A stretch of DNA of 64,000 bases, taken from the NCBI GenBank assembly GCA_038231275.1, contig JBBRLQ010000001.1:1-64000 (forward strand). The letters run 5' to 3'. The notes beneath the pieces are model-generated. The model saw only the letters and a program-made list of their open reading frames with translations. It searched no databases and was not told the DNA's origin. The position numbers were made by a program, and so were the translations under genes. Shown piece by piece: positions 1 to 9,444 of the stretch; the first letter of the stretch is position 1; the number at the start of each line of letters is the position of its first letter. This DNA comes from Polyangiales bacterium (lineage in GTDB: Bacteria; Myxococcota_A; Polyangia; Polyangiales; Polyangiaceae).

Positions 1-1
1 C

Positions 2-148
2 ACCAGCCCAGGCATTCACGCGCTGCCCAACGGCGGCTACAGCGCCGTCTTCCAGGCCAACACCGGCGTCCTCTACAAGGCGGGCAGCGACGGCATCGCC
101 GACCTCCACCTCGGAATGATGCACGCCACCAGCCCGGCGGGAAGCTGA
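2..148 (+). CDS. 3' end of a CDS truncated by the window edge; repeat-containing, likely extracellular protein
   Basis: Frame 2 reads TSPGIHALPNGGYSAVFQANTGVLYKAGSDGIADLHLGMMHATSPAGS* with GC-rich third positions; TSP...FQANTG...LGM..TSP looks like a repeat unit. Confidence 0.6.
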   Translation, partial: TSPGIHALPNGGYSAVFQANTGVLYKAGSDGIADLHLGMMHATSPAGS

Positions 149-259
149 CCGCCGATACGCTCGCTCTCGCCGGACCCGGTTCCCGCGACACCGCATCGTC
201 GAGGTTGTCGCGGAGCTAGGTCTGCCGGATGATCGGCTCTTGGAGAAGCCGACGCATCG

Positions 260-1138
260 ATGACAAAGAGGACGTGGCTCGGCGCGGTCGTCCTCTTCTT
301 CGCGTGGGGCTTCGTGCTCCATGCCGTGGGGCTCGTGCTTCACGAGGTCGGCGGTCACGGCGCGGCCGCCGTCGCGTTGGGCTGCGGCGTCGCCGGGATC
401 GATCTCACGTACTTCGGGCACGGCGTCCTCCACTACGCGTCGCCGTGCGCGCGGTGGACGTGGACGACGGTCACGCTCGCCGACTGGTCGGGGCTCGCGA
501 TCACGATCGGCGCCGGCGCGGTGGTGTTGGCGCTGGCGCGGCGACCGGCGTTCGCTCCGATGACGCGCTTGCTCCTCGCGCTCCTCGCGACCGCGTTCCT
601 CTTGGGGCAGCTGTCGTACGCGACGTCGGGGGGCTTCCACGATCTGTACGATCCGGCGCGAACGGCGCGCGCGCTCGGAGCCCGTGGTCTCCACGTCGTG
701 GCCTGGCTGCCTCCGCTCGTGCTATTTGCGGCGGCGGCCATCGTAGGGGCGCGCTCCATCGTGGAGGCATTTCGTGCGCACTTCGGATCCCGAACGCGCC
801 TTCATACCCTCGCCCAGGTCGCCGCCACGCTCGGCGTCGCGGGCCTTCTCTACGTCGCGGCGTTCCGAATCGAATGGACGCTTCGCGCCGATCTCTGGAT
901 GCGCGGCGTTGCCTTCGAGGCGCAGCGGGCCGCCGTCGCGCGCCACGAAGAGCCGCCGTTTCCGATCGAGCGCGTGCTCGTCGCACTCGCGCTCGTCGCG
1001 TTCGCCGCTGCCTTTGCGCGGCGTGTCGACGCCAAGGCGAGCGCCGTCACGGAGGCAATTTCGCGCCGGCATGTTCGGGCGGTCGCCGTCGCCACCGCCG
1101 CGTGCTTCGTCGCGATCACACTGCTCGTCCGGGTCTAG
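260..1138 (+). CDS. Polytopic membrane protein, possibly M50-like metallopeptidase
   Basis: Multiple hydrophobic helices; LHEVGGH motif after TM1; later GGFHD. Confidence 0.6.
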   Translation: MTKRTWLGAVVLFFAWGFVLHAVGLVLHEVGGHGAAAVALGCGVAGIDLTYFGHGVLHYASPCARWTWTTVTLADWSGLAITIGAGAVVLALARRPAFAPMTRLLLALLATAFLLGQLSYATSGGFHDLYDPARTARALGARGLHVVAWLPPLVLFAAAAIVGARSIVEAFRAHFGSRTRLHTLAQVAATLGVAGLLYVAAFRIEWTLRADLWMRGVAFEAQRAAVARHEEPPFPIERVLVALALVAFAAAFARRVDAKASAVTEAISRRHVRAVAVATAACFVAITLLVRV

Positions 1139-1164
1139 GTTTCAAGGAGAGCCGCGGCGCGGGC

Positions 1165-2202
1165 TCAACGGGCAGCCTTGACGCGCGCGAGCTCGGCCTC
1201 CAGGCGATCGATCTGCTTCTGTTGCTCCTGGACCGCGAGCACCGCCATGCTGAGGTACCCGTACAGATCGACGCGATCGCGAGACGCGAGCACCGCGGGG
1301 CTGCTCTCCGGCATGTCCTCGATGATGAAGCCGAGGTGCCGCGACGGGTCACCTGCCTTGTAACGGTACGACGCGACGCGCACGTCCATGAGCTCGCGAC
1401 GCAGGCGCGCGGCGTCGGCGGGGCTCACGTAGTCGATGTCCTGTTTCACCCGCCGGCTCGAGGCGGGGCATTGATTGTTCGGGAGCTGCCACGTGCCGTC
1501 CTTGCACGCGAGGATCGCTTGGCCACACTCCGCCGGAGGGCCGATCGCGCACTCGTCGCCGTTCTTGCACGGGTCGCCGAGGTGCGGGCGCGGCGACGGG
1601 CACGCCTTCGGCCCTTCGAAGCAGTACCAAGTGCTTGGCTTCGAGAGGTCGCAGCAGTTCGTCGTGACGCCCGCGTCGGGATTGCACGGCTGCTGGCCGA
1701 CGGGATAGGAGGGGCAGAAGACGCCGCACGAGCAGCTCGCGCCGTCGTACGCGCACGTCGATTTCGTCGAGCACGACGTGGCAAGATTGAGCTGCCCGCG
1801 CGTCGCAGGACAGTCGGCAGCGTTGGGCGCCGGCGTGGGCGGAGGCGAGCCGCACATTCCGGGGCCGCCGCCCGACGAGAGGATCGGAACTCCCCACTCG
1901 CCGTCGAGGCACTGCACGATCGTGTTGCACGCTGGATGGAAGTCCGTGCCGTACTCACAAATCTGCCCCTCCTTCGAGCACGGGTTCTTGGGACCGTTCG
2001 CCAGCGTGCGCGTCCATGGCGGCGTGCTCGGGCACCCGATCGTGAAGGTGCCGTTCGTGCTGGCGTCCGCGCCACCGCCGTCGTCGACGCCGCCCGCCGT
2101 GGTGCTCGTGGCCGTTTTGCCCGAGCACGCCGAAGAGACGCCGGCGACTCCAGCGAGGAGGATGGTGAAAAGGGAGAGCCCGCGGAGATGGAGGGGACGC
2201 AT
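1165..2202 (-). CDS. Cys-rich lipoprotein with C-terminal Peptidase_S74-like (tail-fibre intramolecular chaperone) domain
   Basis: Signal peptide with lipobox VSSAC; Cys-rich repeats; C-terminal SSRRVKQDI...YRYK...HLGFIIED...VDLYG...LAVQEQQKQIDRLEAEL coiled coil. Confidence 0.8.
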   Translation of the reverse strand: MRPLHLRGLSLFTILLAGVAGVSSACSGKTATSTTAGGVDDGGGADASTNGTFTIGCPSTPPWTRTLANGPKNPCSKEGQICEYGTDFHPACNTIVQCLDGEWGVPILSSGGGPGMCGSPPPTPAPNAADCPATRGQLNLATSCSTKSTCAYDGASCSCGVFCPSYPVGQQPCNPDAGVTTNCCDLSKPSTWYCFEGPKACPSPRPHLGDPCKNGDECAIGPPAECGQAILACKDGTWQLPNNQCPASSRRVKQDIDYVSPADAARLRRELMDVRVASYRYKAGDPSRHLGFIIEDMPESSPAVLASRDRVDLYGYLSMAVLAVQEQQKQIDRLEAELARVKAAR

Positions 2203-2215
2203 GGGATCCCCAAAA

Positions 2216-2230
2216 GGCAATCCACGTGCC
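2216..2230 (-). promoter_or_regulatory. Putative sigma54 -24/-12 promoter
   Basis: Minus strand GGCACG-TGGA-TTGCC, GG-N10-GC spacing, just upstream of ATG 2202. Confidence 0.55.
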
Positions 2231-2328
2231 CCCCTCTTGCAAGGGAAATCGCAGGGAATTCGTGTGCCGTCCTGTGCCGCCGCGCCTTTCGCGTCGTCAT
2301 CTGCGCGTGGAGAAATCGGGCCCGAAAC

Positions 2329-3714
2329 TCAGAGCGGCTTGTGCGTGATCGGATCGACGAGGCCCGCGCACGACGAGAGCGCCTGATTTCCCGATTGGTT
2401 CACAGTGCCGTTCACGACGAAAAAGTGGAGGCTGTCCTTGTCGCCGTAGTCGTTGACGTTCTCACATCCGACGTTGTTCGTCAGGTTCGCCGTCGTTCCG
2501 GCGCCGAGGTTTGGGATGAGGGCGATCGCCGTCGTGTAGCCGCCCTTCAGGTCCTTCTTGCGCGCGCTCAGGTTGTCGCCGACGAAGATCGTCACCGAGG
2601 AGAGCTTGCCCGGGACGAGATAGCTCGGGCTGTCCTCGTTCCGGATCTCGCACGTGCCGTAGTACTCGGTGTTCACGTCGACGTTGTGCTCGCAATGGAT
2701 CTCGCCCGGCAGCGCGCCGAGCTCGGCGGCGAACGCGCGAACCAGCCATCCCCACCCGCCGTCGCGGTGAAGGCGGCGAAAGGTGCCGCTCCCGACGATC
2801 AGGAAGACGCCCGTGTCGCGATCGTCCCCGGACCCTTCGACGACGTCGTTGGGTCCGGTGATGGTCCAGTCGTGCACGTTCAAGCCAAACATGCCGCCGC
2901 CGGCGACCACGTTTTGCCCGACGCCCTTCGAGTCCTCGACCGTGACGTTCGACATCTCGACTTCGGCGACGAAGTTCGTGTACGCCGACGGCGCGCCGTA
3001 ATTTCCCTGAAAGAGCTGCCCCGATTGCTTGAGGTGAATGCGATCGAAGAGCGTCTTGTAGAGGACCAGCTCGGTGGTGTTGCCGTTCCACACGAGGCCC
3101 GTGTGTCCGGCGTCGAAGAGGATGCCGCCGCCGACCGCTTCGACGTCGTGGACGATGAGGCCGCGGTTGGGGCCGGTGAGCACGAAGCTCGCCTGCGCGC
3201 CGGTCGCCTGGAAACCGTAGGGCGTGGCGTCGTCACCCGAGCCGCTCAACGTCACGTCGGTCAGGTTGCCGACCTCGACGACGCCGGTGATTTTGACTTG
3301 CCCGCCGTCGTTCTGGAGCGTGCGGCGGGCGACGCCTTTGATCGTTCCCCCGCTGTAGGTCCCTGCCTTGATGCAGATGACGTCGCCGTCGTTGCCGCCC
3401 GTGCTGGGCACGTCGAACGTACCGGTGCCGGTGCCTATGGTGGTCGTGCAGGGGAGGCGCACGTAGGTCTTGCCACCGTCGCTCGCGTCGGCGGCATCGG
3501 AGCGTGTCGCGTCGAGGCTTGCGCCGGTGTCGATCGCGGCCGCGTCGGAGCCAGTGGCGCCGTCATCGCCGCGGGTCGCGTCGAAAGTGCTGCCGCCGTC
3601 ATCGCCGGTCAGCGTGAGAGGGTGGGCGGAGTCGTCGGTGGTCGAGCACGCACCGAGGCCGAGCAGCGCGGCCACTGCGGCCAAACAAGAGAGCCTGGAG
3701 GGGTCGTGTTGCAT
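2329..3714 (-). CDS. Lipoprotein, probable parallel beta-helix (pectin-lyase-like) fold
   Basis: Lipobox LGAC; D/G/A-rich linker; GDVICIKAGTY motif typical of beta-helix N-termini; N/V/T-rich repeats. Confidence 0.6.
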   Translation of the reverse strand: MQHDPSRLSCLAAVAALLGLGACSTTDDSAHPLTLTGDDGGSTFDATRGDDGATGSDAAAIDTGASLDATRSDAADASDGGKTYVRLPCTTTIGTGTGTFDVPSTGGNDGDVICIKAGTYSGGTIKGVARRTLQNDGGQVKITGVVEVGNLTDVTLSGSGDDATPYGFQATGAQASFVLTGPNRGLIVHDVEAVGGGILFDAGHTGLVWNGNTTELVLYKTLFDRIHLKQSGQLFQGNYGAPSAYTNFVAEVEMSNVTVEDSKGVGQNVVAGGGMFGLNVHDWTITGPNDVVEGSGDDRDTGVFLIVGSGTFRRLHRDGGWGWLVRAFAAELGALPGEIHCEHNVDVNTEYYGTCEIRNEDSPSYLVPGKLSSVTIFVGDNLSARKKDLKGGYTTAIALIPNLGAGTTANLTNNVGCENVNDYGDKDSLHFFVVNGTVNQSGNQALSSCAGLVDPITHKPL

Positions 3715-3816
3715 CCAGGACCCACGATGCGCGCGGGCGTGCGCGATCGCAATCCGATACGTTTGGCCGCGCACTTCGCGGGCCCGGTGCCTGATTTGCG
3801 GCGGTAGCATCGTGGC

Positions 3817-4341
3817 GTGAGCCCGACCATCCTCGCCATCACGCGCCCCAACCCGCGGCTGCTCGCGTACTACGTCGTCCGCGCGATGCTCGTCCCGTTT
3901 TGGTTCGTCGTCCTGCCGTACCACTACTTCCGGTACAGCACGATGCGCTATCGCTTCGACGGCGAGGGGATCATGATGAGCTGGGGCGTCCTCTTCCGGC
4001 GCGAGATCACGCTGACCTATTCGCGCATCCAGGACATCCACCTGACGTCGAACTTCGTGCAGCGCTGGTTCGGGCTCGCCAATCTCGAGATCCAGACCGC
4101 GGCCGGTACGACCGCCGCGGAGATGACGCTCGAGGGATGCCTCGAGGTCGAACGGATTCGCGATTTTCTCTACGCGAAGATGCGGGGAGCACACGCTCCC
4201 GCGAAGGAGTCCGGCGCCGCCGCGACCGCGGAGCCCGCCGCGACGATCGCCACCGCGCTCCTCCACGTGGCGGAGGACCTGCGCCTCGCGACTGTGGCGC
4301 TCGAGCGATGCGCCGCGCCGCGGTCCGAGGCGACGAAGTGA
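3817..4341 (+). CDS. Membrane protein with bacterial PH (bPH_2) domain, YdbS-like
   Basis: TM segment then YRF...GVLFRRE..L.YSRIQDI.L...VQRWFGLANLEIQTA. Confidence 0.8.
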   Translation: MSPTILAITRPNPRLLAYYVVRAMLVPFWFVVLPYHYFRYSTMRYRFDGEGIMMSWGVLFRREITLTYSRIQDIHLTSNFVQRWFGLANLEIQTAAGTTAAEMTLEGCLEVERIRDFLYAKMRGAHAPAKESGAAATAEPAATIATALLHVAEDLRLATVALERCAAPRSEATK

Positions 4342-5081
4342 CCGCGAACGGCGCGAAGGACGTGGGGTTCTTCACCGGGATCGTCCTCTCGGTGCTTCGG
4401 TACCCACCGGAGGCGGCCGATCCCGAGGGGAGCACGCAATCGATCCGGGTCGTCTCGATCTCGCCGAGGTACCTCGCCTACCGCATCGTGAAGCTCTGGC
4501 TTCGCCTGCTCGCCGCGTTCGCCGTAGAGGAGACGCTCCTTCACACCACGCTGAAGGGACCGGTGCCGTTCTACGCGAAGGTCGCCATCTTTCTACTCAT
4601 CGTCGGCATTCCTGGCGCGATCGGCTCGTTCGTTACGTTCGTCGAGTACACCGTTCGCTCGTACAAGCTCAGCGATCGCTCGCTGCGAATTCGCGAGGGG
4701 CTCCTCTTCGTCCGTGAGACGACGATGACGTTCGCGAACGTCCAGAACGTGAGCGTGTCGCGCGGTCCACTTCAGGGCCTGTTCGGGATCTCGGACCTGG
4801 TCATGAAGACCGCCGGCGGAGGAGGCGGGGGCGAGCGACACAGGGGCCTGCGGCCCGACCTGCACGTCGCTCACTTCCATGGATTGCGCGACGCCGACGA
4901 GGTTCGCGAGCGCGTGCTGGCGCTCCTCGAGAAGACGAAGGGTACAGGCGTCGAGCCGGCCCACGAGTGGTCGGAGGCGAGCGCCGCGGCGGGGCCGGCG
5001 CTCGTGGACGCGCTCACCGACGTGCAGCGCGCGGCCGCCGCGTTTCGCGTTGCTGCGGAGCGGTTGCCACCGCGCGCGTGA
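4338..5081 (+). CDS. Second bPH_2 domain membrane protein, YdbS/YdbT-like
   Basis: GTGA overlap with previous stop; two TMs; IREGLLFVRETTMTFANVQNVSVSRGPLQGLFGISDLVMKTAG. Confidence 0.8.
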   Translation: MTANGAKDVGFFTGIVLSVLRYPPEAADPEGSTQSIRVVSISPRYLAYRIVKLWLRLLAAFAVEETLLHTTLKGPVPFYAKVAIFLLIVGIPGAIGSFVTFVEYTVRSYKLSDRSLRIREGLLFVRETTMTFANVQNVSVSRGPLQGLFGISDLVMKTAGGGGGGERHRGLRPDLHVAHFHGLRDADEVRERVLALLEKTKGTGVEPAHEWSEASAAAGPALVDALTDVQRAAAAFRVAAERLPPRA

Positions 5082-5099
5082 CCTTGGCGGCCGCCGCCG

Positions 5100-5234
5100 C
5101 GCCGCCGGCACGCCGTGGAGCTCGGCGACCGCGAGCGCGCGATCGAGCGCGCCTACTGGACCCGGCACAGTCGCCAGTAGCGCGTCGTACAGATCGACAA
5201 TGCGCGCCCAGTTCGTCTCCGCGAGCGACGGCGC
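5100..5234 (-). pseudogene. Fragment resembling the C-terminal extension of ECF42-type sigma factors
   Basis: Reads APSLAETNWARIVDLYDALLATVPGPVGALDRALAVAELHGVPAAR; no plausible start and no sigma core nearby. Confidence 0.6.
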
Positions 5235-5334
5235 GAGCGTCTCACCTGTTCCCGTGCATCCTCGTCGCGGACGTCGCGAAGGCCGCCGCGCAGGCCAAGA
5301 GCTCGGCGGTAGCGAAACGGAGCGCGAGACGGGG

Positions 5335-5679
5335 TCAAGGCGCCAGCGCGCAGCCGAGTTTCTTCGCGCCGGCGCGCGCGGCGTCCGCGGTCACCGAGCG
5401 CTACGCCGCCCCCCAGCGCGCGAGCACGGCAGCGTAGGCGGCGCATGCGCCGGGCTTGTCACCTTGGGTTGCGAGCACGTCGCCGAGGTGGAGACTGGCG
5501 TGCACAACGCCGCGACATGACCAGAGCGGGCGGCAAGATCCCGCCATGCGCGAGAGATACGGAGTAGCGGCCGCGATCCTACCGCCGAGGAGGAGGACGT
5601 TCGCCAAGGGCTCCATCATGTCGAAGTCGACAGGCAACGCGACGCGCGGCGGCTTCGGCTCGTCCCCCCCATCCGTCAT
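5335..5679 (-). pseudogene. Stand-alone copy of the kinase C-terminal domain, interrupted by in-frame TAG at 5401-5403
   Basis: ASLHLGDVLATQGDKPGACAAYAAVLARWGAA*RSVTADAARAGAKKLGCALAP matches the C-termini of the kinases at 6179 and 10912. Confidence 0.7.
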
Positions 5680-5786
5680 CGAGGTCAGCTTAGCGTGTCC
5701 CTCGAGTTGCCCTCGCGAATCAACGGGGATCCAGGCACAACGCTACGAGGCGCACGGTGAGCGCGGGCCTCTGAGGGCCCTCTCGA

Positions 5787-6104
5787 TCACGGCGAGCAGC
5801 GATCGACGGGTCGATCCGCGACGTCGGTGCAGGCGTCGTCGTTCGTGCAGTAACAGAAGCCCGCCGGCGATACGCAGCACGCGCCGCCCGTCCTCCGCGG
5901 CGCGCACGCGCGTACGGCGCGCTCGCCCGCGCACACGTCGGCGTTCTCCTTGCAAAGGCAGAAGCTGCCGTCCTTCGACTCGACGCAGATGCGCGGGCCA
6001 AGGTCACGGGCGGCGTTCGCCGTGGAGACCGAGAGGCCGCCGCCCGCCAACGCCACCGCCGCCACGACCACGAGCGCCAGGATTCCGAGGATCGTCCGCT
6101 TCAT
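5787..6104 (-). CDS. Small secreted Cys-rich protein
   Basis: Signal peptide MKRTILGILALVVVAAVALA...; duplicated C-V-(E/S)...G-(S)F-C-x-C motif. Confidence 0.7.
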   Translation of the reverse strand: MKRTILGILALVVVAAVALAGGGLSVSTANAARDLGPRICVESKDGSFCLCKENADVCAGERAVRACAPRRTGGACCVSPAGFCYCTNDDACTDVADRPVDRCSP

Positions 6105-6178
6105 GATCCAACGAGGCAGGCTCGCTAGGTGTGTGACCAAAAAAAGTGACGCCGCGTGTTTTGGCCTAGAATCCGGCG

Positions 6179-8794
6179 GTGGGGACCGACGACGGCTCGA
6201 GCGATTCGCTCCTGCGCGCGCTCGCGCGAGCGCCGAGCATTCCGGTCGATCCCCAAGTCGCGCACTTCCGCCTCCACGAGCGAATCGGCGCAGGGGGCAT
6301 GGGCGTGGTGCACCGCGCCACCGATGGGAAGCTCGGGCGTGACGTTGCCCTGAAGCTGCTACCCCCGAGCGTCGCCGGCGACGAGGACCGGCGGCGACGC
6401 TTCCTCCGCGAGGCGCGCTCGGCGGCGGCCGTGACGCACCCGAACATCGTGACCGTCTACGAGATCGGCGAAGCGGAGGACGGACGCGTCTTCATCGCGA
6501 TGGAGCTCGTGGCGGGCGAGACGCTGCGCGCGCGGGTGGAGCGCGGTCGGGTGCCGGTCGCGGAGGCGCTGCGCATCGCGACCCGCATCGCGCGTGGACT
6601 CGCCAAGGCGCACGCGGCGGGCCTCGTGCATCGTGACCTCAAGCCGGACAACGTGATGGTCACGACGGACGGCGAAGTGAAGATCCTCGACTTCGGCCTC
6701 GCCAAAGCGACCGACACCGCGGCGCCCACGGAGGTCCGCACGGAATCCAAGGTCACGGAGACGGGCGCGATCCTCGGGACGCCGTCGTACATGTCGCCGG
6801 AGCAGGCGACCGGCAAGCCCGTCGATGCGCGCAGCGACGTGTTCTCGTTCGGCGCGCTCGTCTACGAGCTCCTGCGCGGCCAGCGCCCGTTCGTGGGAGA
6901 CAGCGCGGCCGAGCTGATCATCGCGATCGCACGCGACGAGCCGGCGCCTCTGCGCGGTGTTCCCGACGCCCTCGCGCGCGTGGTGGCGCGGTGCATGAAG
7001 AAGCGACCTTCGGAGCGCTACGCAGACGGCGGTGAGGTGCTCGCGGCCCTCGAGCTCGTCGCCGCGGACGGCCCGTTGTGGCGGCATCGCGCGCGGATTG
7101 CGGCGCTCGCGCTCGCTGGGCTGGTCGTCGCAGCCACGGCAGCGACGGTGCTGCGTCGCGCGACGCCGAGCGCGACGGTCTCGCCGCCCGCGCCGTCGGC
7201 GAGCTCCGCGCGACCGTCGGTCATCACGGACGCGCCGCCGCCACGGACCGCAGTCCCTGCCGCCGCCGCCGCGTACGCCGCTGCGCTTCGCGACGTCCGC
7301 GACGGCGCGATCGAGCTGGGCGTCAACGGCTTCACGCGCGCCGCGACGCTCGATCCGACCATGGCCGCGGCGCACTTGCGGGTCGTGCTGTACTCGGTGC
7401 TGAACGCGTCCGACTCCGGCGTCCTCCCTACGCAGGCGCGCGAGGCGATCGCCACTGCGAAGCGTTTTCGTGCCGCCCTCGACGAGCGCGACCTCGCGTT
7501 CCTTCACGCCGTGGAGCCGCAGCTCGCCGAGCCCCCCGACAATCGTTCGTATGCCACGCACCTCCGCGAGGCGAGCGCCCGCTTCCCGCGCGACGCCGAG
7601 ACCTGGCTCCTCCTCGGCACTGCGCTCCCCCTCGCCGACCGCCTCGAGGAGGCGCGCGACGCGTTCAAACGCGCGCGCGAGCTCGATCCGGAGCTCGCGG
7701 CCGTCTACGCAGAGGAAGGGTGGTGGCACTTCGAGATGGGCGAGCACGCGGCCGCGCTCGCAACGTACGACGCGTGCCTGGAGCGATCGCCTTCCGCGAC
7801 GACCTGCCTGCGGCGACGCGCCGCGCTTCACGACGCGCGCGGCGAGTGTGCGGCTTTCGAAGCCGACGCGCGCCGGCTCACGCAGGTCGAGCCAAACGGA
7901 CCGCGCTCGTGGGAGTTCCTGGCCCGCGCGCTCGCCGCGCGAGACTCACCCATCGAGAGCATACGCGCGGCGCTCGACCGCATGGTGGCGCTCGGCCGCG
8001 ACGTCTCACCGCTCTACTCGCATGAAGTGGAGGCGCTCTGGCTGGGCTTGCTCACAGGAGACCTCGTCGCCGCGGAGAAGGCCGCGCGCGACGCCGATCG
8101 GATGCTTGCGGCCGAGGCCAGCGAGATCTGGCACGAGTCGATCGGCCACGTCCTCATCAAGATCGCGCAAGAGCGCGGCGACGAGGCCGCGGCCACGCGG
8201 GTTCTGGACGACCTCGGGAAAGCCGCACCGGCGCGCGTGTCGGACGCACCCTGGGGCGCGCGCATGCTTGCGTCCTACAATCTCCACCGCTCCAAGAAGC
8301 TGAGCGACGACGCGTTCCGCGAGAGGCGCGATCGGTTGTTCGCGGAGAGCATGGGGCGCCTCCCGGCCCCGACCGGATCCTTCGACGCGGATTGGAACTG
8401 GATCACCGTCTACATCGAGCCCGCGGAAACCAAGTCAGAGGTAGACGACGCCGTTGCGCGTCTGATGGCGCGCGGGCCAGTCAGCGACCAGTGGGGACAC
8501 GTCGGTCACGTGCTCCTCGCCGCGGGAGACGTCGAGCGCGCCGCGCCGCTCCTCGCGCACGCGGCGGCGCGCTGCGAGACGATGGCGCAGACGCCGTATG
8601 CGTTCGAGCCGACGACCCACTGGTGGCTCACGAAGCACCGCGACCTCGGCGACGCCCTCGCGCTGAAAGGCGACAAGGAGGGCGCCTGCAACGCGTACGG
8701 CGTCGTGCTGCATCGCTGGAAGAACGCGAAACCCCGCTCAAAGCTGGTCGAGACGTCGCGCGAGCGCGCGCGCAAGCTCGGGTGTGCTCCGTGA
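6179..8794 (+). CDS. Ser/Thr protein kinase with TM segment and TPR-like C-terminal region
   Basis: GAGGMG, VALK, HRDLKPDN, DFG, GTPSYMSPE; TM helix; TPR-like repeats. Confidence 0.95.
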   Translation: MGTDDGSSDSLLRALARAPSIPVDPQVAHFRLHERIGAGGMGVVHRATDGKLGRDVALKLLPPSVAGDEDRRRRFLREARSAAAVTHPNIVTVYEIGEAEDGRVFIAMELVAGETLRARVERGRVPVAEALRIATRIARGLAKAHAAGLVHRDLKPDNVMVTTDGEVKILDFGLAKATDTAAPTEVRTESKVTETGAILGTPSYMSPEQATGKPVDARSDVFSFGALVYELLRGQRPFVGDSAAELIIAIARDEPAPLRGVPDALARVVARCMKKRPSERYADGGEVLAALELVAADGPLWRHRARIAALALAGLVVAATAATVLRRATPSATVSPPAPSASSARPSVITDAPPPRTAVPAAAAAYAAALRDVRDGAIELGVNGFTRAATLDPTMAAAHLRVVLYSVLNASDSGVLPTQAREAIATAKRFRAALDERDLAFLHAVEPQLAEPPDNRSYATHLREASARFPRDAETWLLLGTALPLADRLEEARDAFKRARELDPELAAVYAEEGWWHFEMGEHAAALATYDACLERSPSATTCLRRRAALHDARGECAAFEADARRLTQVEPNGPRSWEFLARALAARDSPIESIRAALDRMVALGRDVSPLYSHEVEALWLGLLTGDLVAAEKAARDADRMLAAEASEIWHESIGHVLIKIAQERGDEAAATRVLDDLGKAAPARVSDAPWGARMLASYNLHRSKKLSDDAFRERRDRLFAESMGRLPAPTGSFDADWNWITVYIEPAETKSEVDDAVARLMARGPVSDQWGHVGHVLLAAGDVERAAPLLAHAAARCETMAQTPYAFEPTTHWWLTKHRDLGDALALKGDKEGACNAYGVVLHRWKNAKPRSKLVETSRERARKLGCAP

Positions 8795-9381
8795 GCGCGG
8801 AGGACGACGTCGAGCAGCAGGTCGGTCGACTGCTCGCGGCGGGGGAGGTCGCTGCCGCCGCGACGGTCGCGATCAAGGCCTACGGTCCGCAAGTTCTCGG
8901 CTACCTGACGGCGATCCTGCGGGATGACGACGACGCCGCCGACGCCTTCTCCGTCTTCTGCGAAGATCTCTGGCGCGGCCTCGGCGGCTTCCGCGGCGAG
9001 GGCTCCGTCCGCGCGTGGGCGTACCGCGTCGCATGGCACGCTGCCATGCGCGCGGTCCGTGCTCCCTACCGCAAGAAGAAGGAGCGGCTTGGCACCGGCG
9101 CCGCGTCGGTCCTCGCCGCGGAGATCCGGTCGAGCACGCTCGCGCACCTGAAGCCAGCGAACCTCGATCGCCTCGCGGCGGTGCGCAGCACGATGACGCC
9201 CGAGGAGCAGACGCTGCTGATCCTCCGCGTCGACCGCAACCTCGCGTGGAAGGACATCGCGCATGTCCTCGCGAGCGACGACGATGCGCTCGACGAAGCG
9301 GCGCTGCGCAAGCGCTTCGAGCGGCTCAAGGAGAAGCTGCGCGACCAGCTTCGCGGCAAGCCCGGCGCGAGCGGAGCCTGA
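8791..9381 (+). CDS. ECF RNA polymerase sigma factor
   Basis: GTGA overlap with kinase; region 2 DAADAF...LWRGLGGFRGEGSVRAWAYRVA; region 4 PEEQTLLILR...LAWKDIA. Confidence 0.85.
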   Translation: MSAEDDVEQQVGRLLAAGEVAAAATVAIKAYGPQVLGYLTAILRDDDDAADAFSVFCEDLWRGLGGFRGEGSVRAWAYRVAWHAAMRAVRAPYRKKKERLGTGAASVLAAEIRSSTLAHLKPANLDRLAAVRSTMTPEEQTLLILRVDRNLAWKDIAHVLASDDDALDEAALRKRFERLKEKLRDQLRGKPGASGA

Positions 9382-9444
9382 CGCGCGACGCGACGTTCGA
9401 GCCGCGCGCGACGTCGGGCGTACGTGAGTTGCGCGCGCTCGGCG

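Noticed and set aside
229-3807. 1192-aa + strand ORF and similar long Arg-rich ORFs (e.g. 10855..13659, 18058..20808, 26314..28680, 30795..33833)
   Set aside because: Antisense or off-frame shadows of real genes, expected in high-GC DNA; no motifs
5401-5403. Pyrrolysine recoding of the in-frame TAG
   Set aside because: No pyl genes are visible and TAG is used as a normal stop elsewhere in the window
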